Shown here: piece by piece, positions 39,701-45,880 of the stretch
How the letters are laid out: each line of letters opens with the position of its first letter
Position numbering within the stretch: position 1 is the first letter of the stretch
DNA from: Thermodesulfobacteriota bacterium
GTDB lineage: Bacteria > Desulfobacterota > Desulfobulbia > Desulfobulbales > JAGXFP01
Assembly: GCA_039714535.1 (NCBI GenBank)
Contig: JBDLJC010000003.1
Coordinates: forward strand, 42,178-106,177
Direction: 5' to 3'
DNA length: 64,000 nt
Made by a program: the position numbers and the translations under genes
Notes under the pieces: generated by a model
Told to the model about the DNA's origin: nothing
Databases searched by the model: none
Seen by the model: the letters and a program-made list of their open reading frames with translations, nothing else

Positions 39701-41716
39701 AATGACTCCGGGATCTATCTTAAGAGATGTATGAGTTGGAACTCTAAGGGTTCCAAAGATTATATATACACCGATCTCATTGCCAGTTCCCTTACCCCAA
39801 ACCTGCAGATTCTTGTCCGTCTGCAGGTTGTTGCCATGGACTTCTAAGAAGTTGTTAACATTAGGTGTGAGTGTATTTGTGCTGTCAGGAAGTGCGCTGG
39901 CCGGAATACGAAATGCAATGAGATTACCCGTAATAATATTATTGGTAATTTCCGGCGCATTCTGACCATCCGTAAAATAGATCCCGTAATTAGTATTATT
40001 CCTGATCGTGTTGCCGTCTATTGTCGGCCGAACATAGCCAACAGTGTCAGGTGTATAATGAGATACGTAGATTCCATGCCGGCCATTACCTTCAATAGTA
40101 TTATTACGGTCAACAGGAAGACTGGCTGCATGATAATAAGCATAATGATTAATGCCATCGAGGGTATTACCGGTAATTGTGTTGTTCTCGATAACCGGAT
40201 TTTCATTGTATGTGTAAATACCATGACTGCTGTTGTTGGTGATCGTGTTCCAGGAAATTAAAGGGGTGCTGATATGTGTGTAAATACCATATGAACTGCC
40301 GGCGGTTATCACGCTATTCTTTATAGTGACATCTGTATTATTCATATAGATGTTGCCAGACCCTCCGGATCCGCCATAGCTAACCAAGACATTGGCAAGG
40401 ATTGAATCAGGCGAACCATTCACGAAATTCAATCTATCCCAACTACCGGCTGTTGCGGTAGTCGCGCCACCATCGCCGTTACTGTCCCCGCCGTATTTAT
40501 CATCTTTGATTGAGGTAAATACAATCTGGTCGGCCCCAGAGGCATCGGCAAGCAATGTGCCCTTTACTGTCAGGTTTCTACCCGGCGCAAACTTGACAAT
40601 CGTCCCGGGCTCTATCGTCAACTTGACCCCTGTGGCTACTGTGGCATTACCACCAGCCTGATAATAGGTATTGCCGGTCTCAAAAACCAGATCATGATCA
40701 AGCTGGTTGCCCCAATACTCGAGATGATTATCTATAGTATTGGGAGAAAGGGTGTTGTTGGCTGAAGGACCGGGTAAAGAGGAAAACGGCAGCCGGAAGA
40801 CTTTTTGATTACCCGTAATAATATTATTGGTAATTTCCGGCGCATTCTGACCATCCGTAAAATAGATCCCGTAATTAGTATTATTCCTGATCGTGTTGCC
40901 GTCTATTGTCGGCCGAACATAGCCAACAGTGTCAGGTGTATAATGAGATACGTAGATTCCATGCCGGCCATTACCTTCAATAGTATTATTACGGTCAACA
41001 GGAAGACTGGCTGCATGATAATAAGCATAATGATTAATGCCATCGAGGGTATTACCGGTAATTGTGTTGTTCTCGATAACCGGATTTTCATTGTATGTGT
41101 AAATACCATGACTGCTGTTGTTGGTGATCGTGTTCCAGGAAATTAAAGGGGTGCTGATATGTGTGTAAATACCATATGAACTGCCGGCGGTTATCACGCT
41201 ATTCTTTATAGTGACATCTGTATTATTCATATAGATGTTGCCAGACCCTCCGGATCCGCCATAGCTAACCAAGACATTGGCAAGGATTGAATCAGGCGAA
41301 CCATTCACGAAATTCAATCTATCCCAACTACCGGCTGTTGCGGTAGTCGCGCCACCATCGCCGTTACTGTCCCCGCCGTATTTATCATCTTTGATTGAGG
41401 TAAATACAATCTGGTCGGCCCCAGAGGCATCGGCAAGCAATGTGCCCTTTACTGTCAGGTTTCTACCCGGCGCAAACTTGACAATCGTCCCGGGCTCTAT
41501 CGTCAACTTGACCTGATCAACAACCGTAACACTGGATGTAACATGATGAACATCTGAGTTGGACCAGTATGTATCCTGGGAAATTGTCCCACCTTCATTG
41601 ATAGCAGCCACGCTATTTGAATAAAGGAACAACGGCAAAAAAGAACATAGACAAAGGACAAATAATTTCCGCCTGATCATCATTCTTCTCTTTTTGGTAT
41701 TTATGGCACTTGTCAT
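27722..41716 (-). CDS. Giant (4,664-aa) secreted modular protein. It has an N-terminal duplicated right-handed beta-helix (PbH1/NosD-like) region, dozens of Ig-like/FN3 modules, and MG/alpha2-macroglobulin-like and carboxypeptidase-regulatory-like domains. These are followed by a Gly-rich linker, a Cys-rich repeat, a PKD-like domain and an unknown ~210-aa C-terminal domain.
   Basis: Single 13,995-nt ORF. The signal is KKRRMMIRRKLFVLCLCSFLPLFLYSNSVAA. The beta-helix repeats follow the pattern N(N/T)I.GN..(H/Y)GIY. There are multiple FN3-like units (..L.WAPV....L..Y.IYRSETPF). Three super-repeats of about 850 bp (Ig, Ig, FN3) start near 38575, 37725 and 36880. The linker is GGSGGGGYAGGWQGGGGGAPG. 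The Cys-rich unit is CRDDDACTINERCEDGDCV. The PKD-like segment is WRLGNGESRYTSGFSYKYPEPGEYRVSVNV. Confidence 0.9.
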   Translation of the reverse strand: MTSAINTKKRRMMIRRKLFVLCLCSFLPLFLYSNSVAAINEGGTISQDTYWSNSDVHHVTSSVTVVDQVKLTIEPGTIVKFAPGRNLTVKGTLLADASGADQIVFTSIKDDKYGGDSNGDGGATTATAGSWDRLNFVNGSPDSILANVLVSYGGSGGSGNIYMNNTDVTIKNSVITAGSSYGIYTHISTPLISWNTITNNSSHGIYTYNENPVIENNTITGNTLDGINHYAYYHAASLPVDRNNTIEGNGRHGIYVSHYTPDTVGYVRPTIDGNTIRNNTNYGIYFTDGQNAPEITNNIITGNQKVFRLPFSSLPGPSANNTLSPNTIDNHLEYWGNQLDHDLVFETGNTYYQAGGNATVATGVKLTIEPGTIVKFAPGRNLTVKGTLLADASGADQIVFTSIKDDKYGGDSNGDGGATTATAGSWDRLNFVNGSPDSILANVLVSYGGSGGSGNIYMNNTDVTIKNSVITAGSSYGIYTHISTPLISWNTITNNSSHGIYTYNENPVIENNTITGNTLDGINHYAYYHAASLPVDRNNTIEGNGRHGIYVSHYTPDTVGYVRPTIDGNTIRNNTNYGIYFTDGQNAPEITNNIITGNLIAFRIPASALPDSTNTLTPNVNNFLEVHGNNLQTDKNLQVWGKGTGNEIGVYIIFGTLRVPTHTSLKIDPGVIVKFQGGALVVDVDGALIADATFNEKIIFTTIKDDYHGGDTNKDVMATYPVNGSWKGITLNASLFGEGSIFNNTKILYAGGNGSGALYFNGVVSARIENTEISKSSSNGIRSINGTLNIIGSRIWGNNGDGIRLEGASNADISFSHISTNLSDGVELLGTANAEISNNQIFMNRGLAVKNQTANVADATRNWWGDFDGSGPYNLTSNPDGTGGKISDNVSFDDYLDTVATEMSYVNYSFAAGSSAGSITEPILDAGVRDDLWDPISLRPDRTIAWGSNAVEVGYTDLDPEKRYKIRTSYFNGDGEEGSLQSINAGPGKVVHSAMVMPTMMPVQHEFSIPSDYYTTGNINLSFVNDNPLLSTRAALTEIWLLEDFEPELPEITGILFDGDPVNNNMIIYGSGPITFNVHDPYNVKLVEVSINDSVVLADTSGASAYTYQFDMAGLLNGIYTLTIKAFDSFDNKSSVTYSLELAVILPEAPVITHPVSGDIFTAGAITVSGTAEPEMNIVILLNGQPYGNPTPNKADGSFAIPVTLTERENTITAIARNNAGDSPHSNEVTATLNTLLDNPTGLTLVSEVDHLTLSWAPVSPVDILDHYNIYRSETPFTSVVDMTPVQTVTVATVDLNGLAIDTNYYVAVTSVNYADGEKKTVVPVVGHLKDVNGPLVTDLLAGIDNLTEGYEFTIPPTISVSATDFSGVDRVEFLVDGGLVCTDDSGPDFNCFLNIVALSDGQHLLTIKAYDTVGNLSTTDLNFSVVLALPDAPVISLPVTGAVFSSPDITVNGTAEKFTDVELFNNGVSTGVTAKVDDNGQFSFNYSLNIGDNLLSAKAFNRTGFGPASGEVAISFRLANPTGVTTIVNVDNIGISWSPVEPAVHLQQYNVYVSETPFTSVAGMTPVQSVTGTSSAMTGLSQDTKYYLAVTSVDSAGGERQQVTSVLSNLKDVNGPVISALTYNTADIATTPTLIRQGSFRVAAADFSGVSHVEFYLDNSLQATDSSGPEYSWAWNIIEVGDGSYTLTVKVYDSLGNPTSVDYPISVALAPPVAPASINLTSGDGYIDVSWSNNLSPDIKEYQVYHGTESGQYSPPLTTTSGTIRLNNLAGCQTYFVAVKAIGYTGLGSSFSIEKSAVSNLVGSPVAPEGLTATLDHDKVILKWQPNTECDIDIYRIYRSITKGSGYQYLGQTGATTFSDTAAHATDTIYYYVAKAVDKLSNDSPYSQELSVLTGDLTPPAQPTVDPALFLYTSESQFVLRGTKEADSSLIVDGTETILLDNATSWEIQVDLNNGRNTLDLTSGDSHGNICQPKPVTIIKDNQGPTVSSTIPAINSRTNQTGKISVFLSDPNYGSGPDLTRSHENATVEDSSGSIVTGTWGVNSENDALEFIHQTELAEGIVTVTLNPVDKVGNTSTVSFGFTVDKTAPQVESLTMSPPSPHKVETVTFTIKFNESMNTSLQPSVVLHRTGGSQSLSINGSWRNHNTWRGTVAFTETTGDGDYVVEVSNAGDVAGNQMTPQDTGTFVLDAAAPAPPTVDSVDSPTTVSSQVLSGSKQLQTGIVINGVKKVDVSDQTDWSTSYPLKEGENILKVTTRDLAGNDSFPETTVTVELDTTPPVFTIDEYQDQAASATQTLAGTKEPGCSVTLNGETIINADDLGVSWNHEITLVEGLATHLVFRASDALGNTATKTLDLIYDAAPPAALGPGVLMANGSGRGDQVRLGWNNYEEPVDLAYYRIYYSTSEITDVSGLQAIATTNSGTKSFVIEGLTEGTTYYFVVIPVDLAGNSSATVNFATAFPVDTMPPTEVSGFVATPTYSTANGNGINLQWTASIDAGSNGDLVDQLLYVDNGPGYPDTGISLGSEAISHTLNNLADATLYRFKLTGKDAENPESGGVVTEAVTRLDNPAALAAEPGKNQATISWAASGSPYLKNYRVYRLQSADLQTDVGAMQLAVDTNKTTYTDPGLTNGTTYQYGVTVVNTFGLENPVVSTISVEPRQDATGPQIAGPFIVSSQGDIPLTQNQVLARTVTLKANGTDNESAMARVELYIDSSLVQSTTGSSVSYLWNLVAASDGNHSVKVVAYDEHGNFTETSKTVTVSLAPPNVPVYGSHTVEAITPDYLVTIRGTADLYTTVTLKVNDQITGETNTAADGSWTFTSVPLAEGDNNIYLQATHRGGASAFSMPHIITVDTGAPPAPVDLVSKVLPGGTIQFNWQSGPGELPTGYNLYSDQASLPTSVTVGMQPLNNTPIPYLFKEIIPADDTASYYAVTALDGAGNESGLSTQINVASDGIAPAATGIMFAFNGGTPASTVVAGPGTINVSMTVSEPLQEMPFLSLEPQIGSPIVLSPVKVDELNYSAVLEIDPAGPHGPTVWKFSGKDLVGNRGNSQGQGPTLDVRGPVATITTPTVLQQIGTESLTVDFSFDEAPVDIPVMTLFDATGNSAAFNGPVMAGDDLHWTAQIDISPLAEGEATFKLVNAIDNFGNTGETVATGEKLYLYTDTPPAPAAPTDLTATSKLGGKIDLSWSRSVDRVQAYKVYRRLAGVAVEIGTTTGLTFSELPSADGAWNYSVSAVGLLGTEGDRCAEVEGVSDRTGPAVPSGLSLSLDGDGVTAVWDVPQDEIPASYRLYRAASSFASVGSRKPVVVVSTTEAIDTSPSTSQIFYGVTSVDALGNESALSTSVELAIPVAPVNSLNLTRHEDAGPVLAWQSDAGSIQGYYVYRNGNRVNSAPTPSTTYSDGFYDGNGATYGVSVVDDQGNESPIRDVRLPALDIDIPADTVLRRGVIEKISLALTGGEDLTISKLNFKVGSNVETIKPGPISLVAGEAKIIEKVAATALDALDSVAVVTTVTLASAPGTSVVLTRTSAVPVAAAGSAFEVFNEPLVRGAEAQVRIKVNNLGSAQLELLTSERGGLTDEVSVYLRDQDGNLLAKGFLDQRTGSAVVNSNGYASARLEPGGSFLSEPITFQVPVNAPAKVLIEARVAKTYYHYDWPDQVTAPGFSRTVQSEIADLPYFAAATTDKEVYHMGKPVTISGTALSSIDGLPVANVPVRIGVSTRGFDRFFNVDTDAEGNFSHTFTPAANEAGTYSVWATHPELNDRDVQATFNIIGLLVSPSVFNLNLAQGRSYNVPVNIRNLGNVAITGLTMVSEASQGLTATIINSGDTIIGGGENQRVYLKIIAADDAPQTGYASLTVDTDAGLGGKVNVNVGMVTLTPQIRTYPSYIDTGMMRGTQKMVNFTISNSGQEVLRNARIDGPSIPWLDLTIDKLLGDINAGSSKDIGIMLRPGETVAPGIYDDSLVIYSDNHVPFRFNVQVTVSSDAVGSVYFDVQNEIYEKLSGASITLQHQQLLDLRYTLRTASDGTVMLNDIAEGRYSYNVSSPGCVPFSGSFVVEPGLTSTVHLALEVNMVEIEWSVTPTVIEDKYEVTITQTFETNVPTPVLIAEPAGITLPEMGVNEVFNGEFTVKNHGLIAVYDVGIDFPSSYGDFDIEVMKEFIPDRIEPMETIRVQYRVTKRDRTILSSFKSLFEQVTGFGGGNCFSYVTIKLSSSVIICPNTAFERIISRLVDFRMAIPTLCPPSVPAGSAVAPSGGSGGGGYAGGWQGGGGGAPGQTTPIAVTDPCECMDCRDDDACTINERCEDGDCVWDPHPPEAEIESLVRLSGEDAEWFEEEITIVVGETLDFSARNIFAFEGECDLETLEWRLGNGESRYTSGFSYKYPEPGEYRVSVNVECVSCDESKVAIPLKSNGQSTIRVVVLEDDLCWDFVDGQLIPKPDGTKIDEFFCRECVGGELKPIPDELADKTSFKIVEPPILNPAKKYIKFLNAELSLDGAIQVDYDKTLSCCENKELLLPVIEGGISGKIVGKIKAPFYQFPLKFVSAFAYVEGKGEVEIKAHIQANLCDLPDWYDGTGGFDFTASGGAEGKIAGGILKIGGSINSGLKMVGPVEDGIYKGVPRFKGVYFKGEAVLADGLKKYSYKGFYVVPKEKWDSVDWDLRKYFN
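39922..40628 (-). repeat. Copy 2 of a 707-bp perfect direct repeat inside the giant gene (beta-helix block)
   Basis: Appears identical to 40807-41513 at an offset of exactly 885 bp. The edges were read directly: GATTACCCG... on the low side and ...CAACTTGACC on the high side. The encoded 235 aa (VKLTIEPGTIVKF...NNIITGN) are identical in both copies, and the shadow ORFs 40018-40224 and 40903-41109 are identical. Confidence 0.9.
40807..41513 (-). repeat. Copy 1 of the 707-bp perfect direct repeat inside the giant gene
   Basis: See copy 2. The two copies are separated by a unique 178-bp spacer (40629-40806) encoding QKVFRLPFSS...ATVATG. Confidence 0.9.
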
Positions 41717-41750
41717 GTGTAAATTTCTCAGTTTTAAATGGTCTTGGTTT

Positions 41751-42496
41751 TTAAATATTCATATTTACTTTCAGCCCCTCGCCTTTCACCTTGAATCGGT
41801 CAAAATCGGCGATGGTTTTTTTTATATTGTTGCTGATAATTCTGGTAGCGATATATTCGGTTTGCTTATCATCAAGGACTTTGTTTTGCGGGGCAGCCAG
41901 TTTCCACACTCCTTTGTCGTAAAACTCAGCCCAATTGAGGTAACTGTTCGAGCGAAGGACAGAGTTCCGGGAAGTTATATAACCGCCGATTCTTAAAGCT
42001 GGAACGCCAGGAGCTCTTGAAAGGGGCGGAGAATAAGTCCATATGTTCGGTGCAGTCACCAGCCTTGTTTTTCAAGGTGTATCAACCAGAATTAAATCGG
42101 AGCGATTCACTAGCAGCCGACGGACTACGTCCGGTTGAATTAATTTCACCTGCCCTGCCCCCTCGAACATAGTAATCTTGTCCGGGAACGCAGAAACTAT
42201 TTCCTTTTGCTGTATTCCCCCCAAGATTTCACAGGAATAAAAGAAAAGAGAATAATAACTAACAAAGACAGGGTTATATGACCAAAACCCTTCATAATCA
42301 TTTAAAAAACTCCTTAGATAGTCCCCGGCCAAGTACCGGTGGAGATAAAATCAAAACCATCGCCAACCGGGGCTAAAGCACTTGCAAACCCGGCAAAGGT
42401 TAAAAAGAACACGACAGGATAACTATTAAAAGAATCCTGTTCAACAAAGAGAATTAAATGGAGGAATGATGTGAATAGAACCAACGGAGTCAACAA
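41751..42496 (-). pseudogene. Possible disrupted gene: three adjoining short ORFs (60, 86 and 102 aa) just upstream of the giant gene
   Basis: All three ORF-track starts are non-ATG codons (TTG, TTG, GTG). ORFs 42314-42496 and 42072-42332 overlap out of frame at a CCCC/GGGG run. ORFs 42072-42332 and 41751-42059 are in the same frame, separated only by TGA at 42072-42074 plus 4 codons. The region is AT-rich. Confidence 0.3.
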
Positions 42497-43014
42497 GTGC
42501 TACTCCCCCCCGAAGAAGCACAGACTTAACACGAACCTACAAGAACTATTTGCTTCAATCAAGCGTTATTTTCAGATCAATCCTACGATAGATAGCCTAG
42601 CATTTCCCGAATTGCCTATCATGCAAGGGATTGCAAGAGATCGACTTGGTCTAATAAAAAAACTAAGCAGTAACCTTTCTCATTTAAAATACAAGAAATA
42701 GATAGGGGTATACCCTACCAACAAGTAAGGACAACCCCCATCAACAAAGATTCTTTAATTTGCCCAAGGGGATATTGATTAACTTCCATCTATTTTGGCC
42801 GAGGATTATCACTGACCCGTACCAAGAAAAGCGAAGAACATCTGAAGAGGTTAATAACTGTCAATACCCAAAGGGCATAAGTTTCGTTTGAACCGACTAT
42901 CGGCTCAACTCAGCTTTATGTTGCAGACAGGAAAAAGGACTGGAAGATCTGGAGTGGGAGTTAAAGAAACACGGGTATAAAATCAAATAGAACAATCTAT
43001 AAGGAAAATTCTTT

Positions 43015-43067
43015 AAAAAGAGCCTGAAATAGATTCAGGGGTTAGAAGAAAACTTCTAACCCCTGAA
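43015..43067 (-). terminator. Intrinsic terminator downstream of hup
   Basis: Perfect 15-bp stem (TTCAGGGGTTAGAAG / CTTCTAACCCCTGAA, 43034-43048 and 43053-43067) with a 4-nt loop. On the minus strand it is followed by the U-rich sequence TCTATTTCAGGCTCTTTTT. Confidence 0.6.
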
Positions 43068-43106
43068 CAAACAACACTTTGAATACTTACGTATTTACAA
43101 ACAGAA

Positions 43107-43379
43107 CTACCTTACAGCGTCTGCCAATTTGCTGCCAGGCTTGAAGCGAGCAACTGTCCGAGCCGCAATCTGAATTGTTGCACCGGTCTGGGGATTACGA
43201 CCTTGGCGTGCGGATCTCTTTGAAACGGAAAAGGTTCCGAAGCCGACCAATGTCACCTTATCACCCTTAGAAAGTGCGCCTGAAATTGCGTCAAGAAGAC
43301 CAGTAAGAGATCTCTCTGCGGCAGCCTTACTAATTCCAGCAGCATCAGCCATGTTTTCAACCAGTTCACCTTTGTTCAT
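43107..43379 (-). CDS. hup: HU family DNA-binding protein
   Basis: The sequence MNKGELVENMADAAGISKAAAERSL...FGTFSVSKRSARQGRNPQTGATIQI is a canonical HU arm. AGGAGG lies 9 nt upstream of ATG 43379. Confidence 0.9.
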   Translation of the reverse strand: MNKGELVENMADAAGISKAAAERSLTGLLDAISGALSKGDKVTLVGFGTFSVSKRSARQGRNPQTGATIQIAARTVARFKPGSKLADAVR

Positions 43380-43664
43380 GCTCACATTCCTCCTGTAAAT
43401 TTATGATACGTTGCCCTTGAGCGATTATCTCAATCAAATTAACTGATCTAATCAAATGAAAATTGATTGTCAAACAAAAATACTCAGTGTTGGCAACCAA
43501 AATCAAGTAACACTACATCCTAAACAGAGGCAAATATCAAGAAAAAAAGCAGCCTTTTTCAAAAAAAATCGCAAACAATATCTGTTTTTTCTTGCGGCTG
43601 TCAGCAATTATCTGCGCCAGCGAACACCATCTACCTGTTTTATGGTTAAAAACAGAGCAGCAAA

Positions 43665-44444
43665 CTAGCGCCCCTCCAAGGAGAGCCATAATTTATCAAC
43701 ACCTGTTTTTTTAAACTCCAAATTCAATTTTTGCCTGATTTCCGGCTGGCAGACCGTTGTTAGATCGATTTCTTTTACTTCAAAAAAAACCGCTTGCGAA
43801 TCATCGGCGCCAAGCCTGGCCCGGCAGCCAGCAAAACCCAAATCAAGAAGAATCTTCTCGTAACTGGCGACCAGTTGCAGATTTTCCTCTGTAATTTTAG
43901 TGTTGGTGGGAATCCTGGTGGCCAGACAAGAAGCAGACTCACGATTCCAGGTGGGTAAACCAAGATATTTGCCCAGGCGGCGAATATCAGCTTTGGCCAA
44001 ACCCGCTTCGACCAAAGGAGTTAGCACCCCTAGCTCAACAATTGCTCGCCGCCCCGGCCTGTCCTGTTGGAGATCATCAAGGTTGCTGCCATCAAAAAGC
44101 ACCATGTCTTTCTTGGGCAGAAGGCCCTGAAAGAGAAGATAGACCTTCTTCTTACATAAATAACAACGATCAGGCGGATTAACGATAAATTCCTGCCATT
44201 GCAGTGGAGATATCTCTACGACCTGTAATGTAGCGCCAAGCTGCTCGGCAGTTGCAACAGCATTAATCCTATCTGCTTCGGTCTGGAGTATTGAATCCGC
44301 AAAAAAAGCCGGGGTCTGCTCACCAAAGACATCGACAGCGGCCTTTAACAGCAGCGAACTATCGGCACCACCGGAAAAGGCAACCCCCCCTGGGGTCCGG
44401 GCAACAATATCCAGTAACACTTCATATCTTTGACGTAATTCCAT
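43665..44444 (-). CDS. PP-loop ATP pyrophosphatase of the LarE-like (sulfur-transferase) family
   Basis: Has the SGGADS PP-loop and a later ESASCLATRIP motif, which resembles the LarE S-x-C-L-A-S-R region. The start is taken at MELRQRY (44444). The ORF-track start at 44495 would add a hydrophobic 17-aa extension. Confidence 0.65.
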   Translation of the reverse strand: MELRQRYEVLLDIVARTPGGVAFSGGADSSLLLKAAVDVFGEQTPAFFADSILQTEADRINAVATAEQLGATLQVVEISPLQWQEFIVNPPDRCYLCKKKVYLLFQGLLPKKDMVLFDGSNLDDLQQDRPGRRAIVELGVLTPLVEAGLAKADIRRLGKYLGLPTWNRESASCLATRIPTNTKITEENLQLVASYEKILLDLGFAGCRARLGADDSQAVFFEVKEIDLTTVCQPEIRQKLNLEFKKTGVDKLWLSLEGR

Positions 44445-44501
44445 CACTTGGCCAAGCACAAAGAAGGACAACAATAAAAGACTGGGAAGGGGCAATCCGG
44501 T

Positions 44502-45674
44502 TTAACTACCATCCGGTAACATTTTGACCGGCACCCCTAACTCAAAGCCATCATCCTCGATCCATTTTTTCAGGGTCTCAGCGATCTCTCTGGCTCGGAC
44601 AACACTGGATAACGGGGCGGTCTGCACGGTCTGTCCATTAACTTCTATTTGGCCGCTCTTAAGTTCCGCGTAACTGACCTGTCCATAATTTCTGGCAATC
44701 CCATGGGAATAATCGTGTGAGTAATCGACAACATGGGTAAAGATATCCTCATCCGCCACAGCGGTGAAGGCGGCAATCTCTTCATTGAGAATCGGAATCG
44801 GCACCCCAACCCCAACCGCAAGGGTGCAACCGTAACCCTGCATACTGATACCCTTGAGCCAGCGGGGCGACATCTGCTTTAAATCACCCTGCAGCATAAG
44901 GGTGCCGGCAGGCTTAATCGGCACCCCGTTTTCACCGCGCGGGGCCGTGGGATTATGCTGAGTACCATGCCAGGTCACATACCCCTCCCCACCACCGAGG
45001 AAAATTCTGGTACCCATGCCGATGGTCCGATAATAGGGATCGTTCATCAACGGGCTTAACTGGCCGGCACTGCAATAAGTGGCATTACGGCCCTTGGCCT
45101 TCAAGGTCCCCATGTAGGTATATATGGTCTTATCAGAGAGGTTGATCGCGCAGTTATAATTCTGATAACAGTTTCGGGGATTGCACAACAGGGCATAGGG
45201 AAGATCGGCCAAAGTCACGCTCTTCTCCAGGTTGCGGTTGGGGTAACAGTCTGTCCCGTAACCACTCCCTTCAAGAAGCACTTCCTTGCCGGCCACCAGA
45301 TCCTCGATCACATGACCGCCGCCATAGCGAAACCCTCCGGGAAAGACCTTGTTCAAGGGATCATCTTCAGCAGGTTCGGTGGCGCCGATATAGACATCAA
45401 CCGCAGCCAGACCGCCGTAAGCGGGAACCTTATTCAAGGCAACCTTTGAGGCCTTGAAAGTCGGGTTGGCATGACCAAAATTTATAAAGGCGCCGGAGGA
45501 ACACATTGGCGAAAAGGTGCCGGTGGTAACAACATCAACCTGTTTGGCTGCTGCAACCGCCCCTTTTTTCTTAACTATCGAGATCATTTCCTCGGCAGTG
45601 ACAACAACTGCCTCACCGGCACGGATGCGGGCATTGATCTCCTCGATGGATTTTACGACCTGGTAATTCCCCAT
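44502..45674 (-). CDS. COG1900/DUF39 homocysteine biosynthesis protein (aspartate-semialdehyde sulfurtransferase-like)
   Basis: 390 aa. The motifs TDCYPNRN, NPRNCYQNYNCAIN and GGGEGYVTWHGTQHNP are characteristic of the COG1900 family as I recall it. Confidence 0.75.
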   Translation of the reverse strand: MGNYQVVKSIEEINARIRAGEAVVVTAEEMISIVKKKGAVAAAKQVDVVTTGTFSPMCSSGAFINFGHANPTFKASKVALNKVPAYGGLAAVDVYIGATEPAEDDPLNKVFPGGFRYGGGHVIEDLVAGKEVLLEGSGYGTDCYPNRNLEKSVTLADLPYALLCNPRNCYQNYNCAINLSDKTIYTYMGTLKAKGRNATYCSAGQLSPLMNDPYYRTIGMGTRIFLGGGEGYVTWHGTQHNPTAPRGENGVPIKPAGTLMLQGDLKQMSPRWLKGISMQGYGCTLAVGVGVPIPILNEEIAAFTAVADEDIFTHVVDYSHDYSHGIARNYGQVSYAELKSGQIEVNGQTVQTAPLSSVVRAREIAETLKKWIEDDGFELGVPVKMLPDGS

Positions 45675-45880
45675 TTATTAATCACCTTGCGGATGATGGA
45701 GTCGTAAAAATCCGATCTACTGCGTCGTAGCGCATTTTTGTTCGCTCTGCATACCACATGTATGCCTCGCTCACAAAAAAACACTACTCCTTGCATATCG
45801 AAATTTTTACTTAGCCATCCCTATACTTTTTTTGCAAAACCATCACGAACAAGTAACAGTTGTAAATTACGTTTGATGGA

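Noticed and set aside
42072-42074. In-frame TGA between two same-frame ORFs considered as a second selenocysteine codon
   Set aside because: There is no neighbouring Cys or redox motif, only a weak 4-5-bp hairpin follows, all flanking ORFs have non-ATG starts, and a frameshift lies just upstream. A nonsense mutation in a decaying gene is more parsimonious. It is kept as a low-priority check under findings.
42471-42701. 76-aa plus-strand ORF in the AT-rich region between the broken ORFs and hup
   Set aside because: It has no SD, a composition typical of AT-rich non-coding DNA, and no motif. A short hup-proximal frame ending in ...LEDLEWELKKHGYKIK* (about 42940-42990) also lacks a start codon.
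45675-45880. Checked for a SAM/SAH-type riboswitch upstream of the COG1900 homocysteine gene
   Set aside because: Only small local hairpins (GCATAC/GTATGC, CTAC/GTAG) are visible, and none of the conserved cores I know is present. There is vague similarity to the dispersed GGTAAGCG motif, but it is too weak to count.
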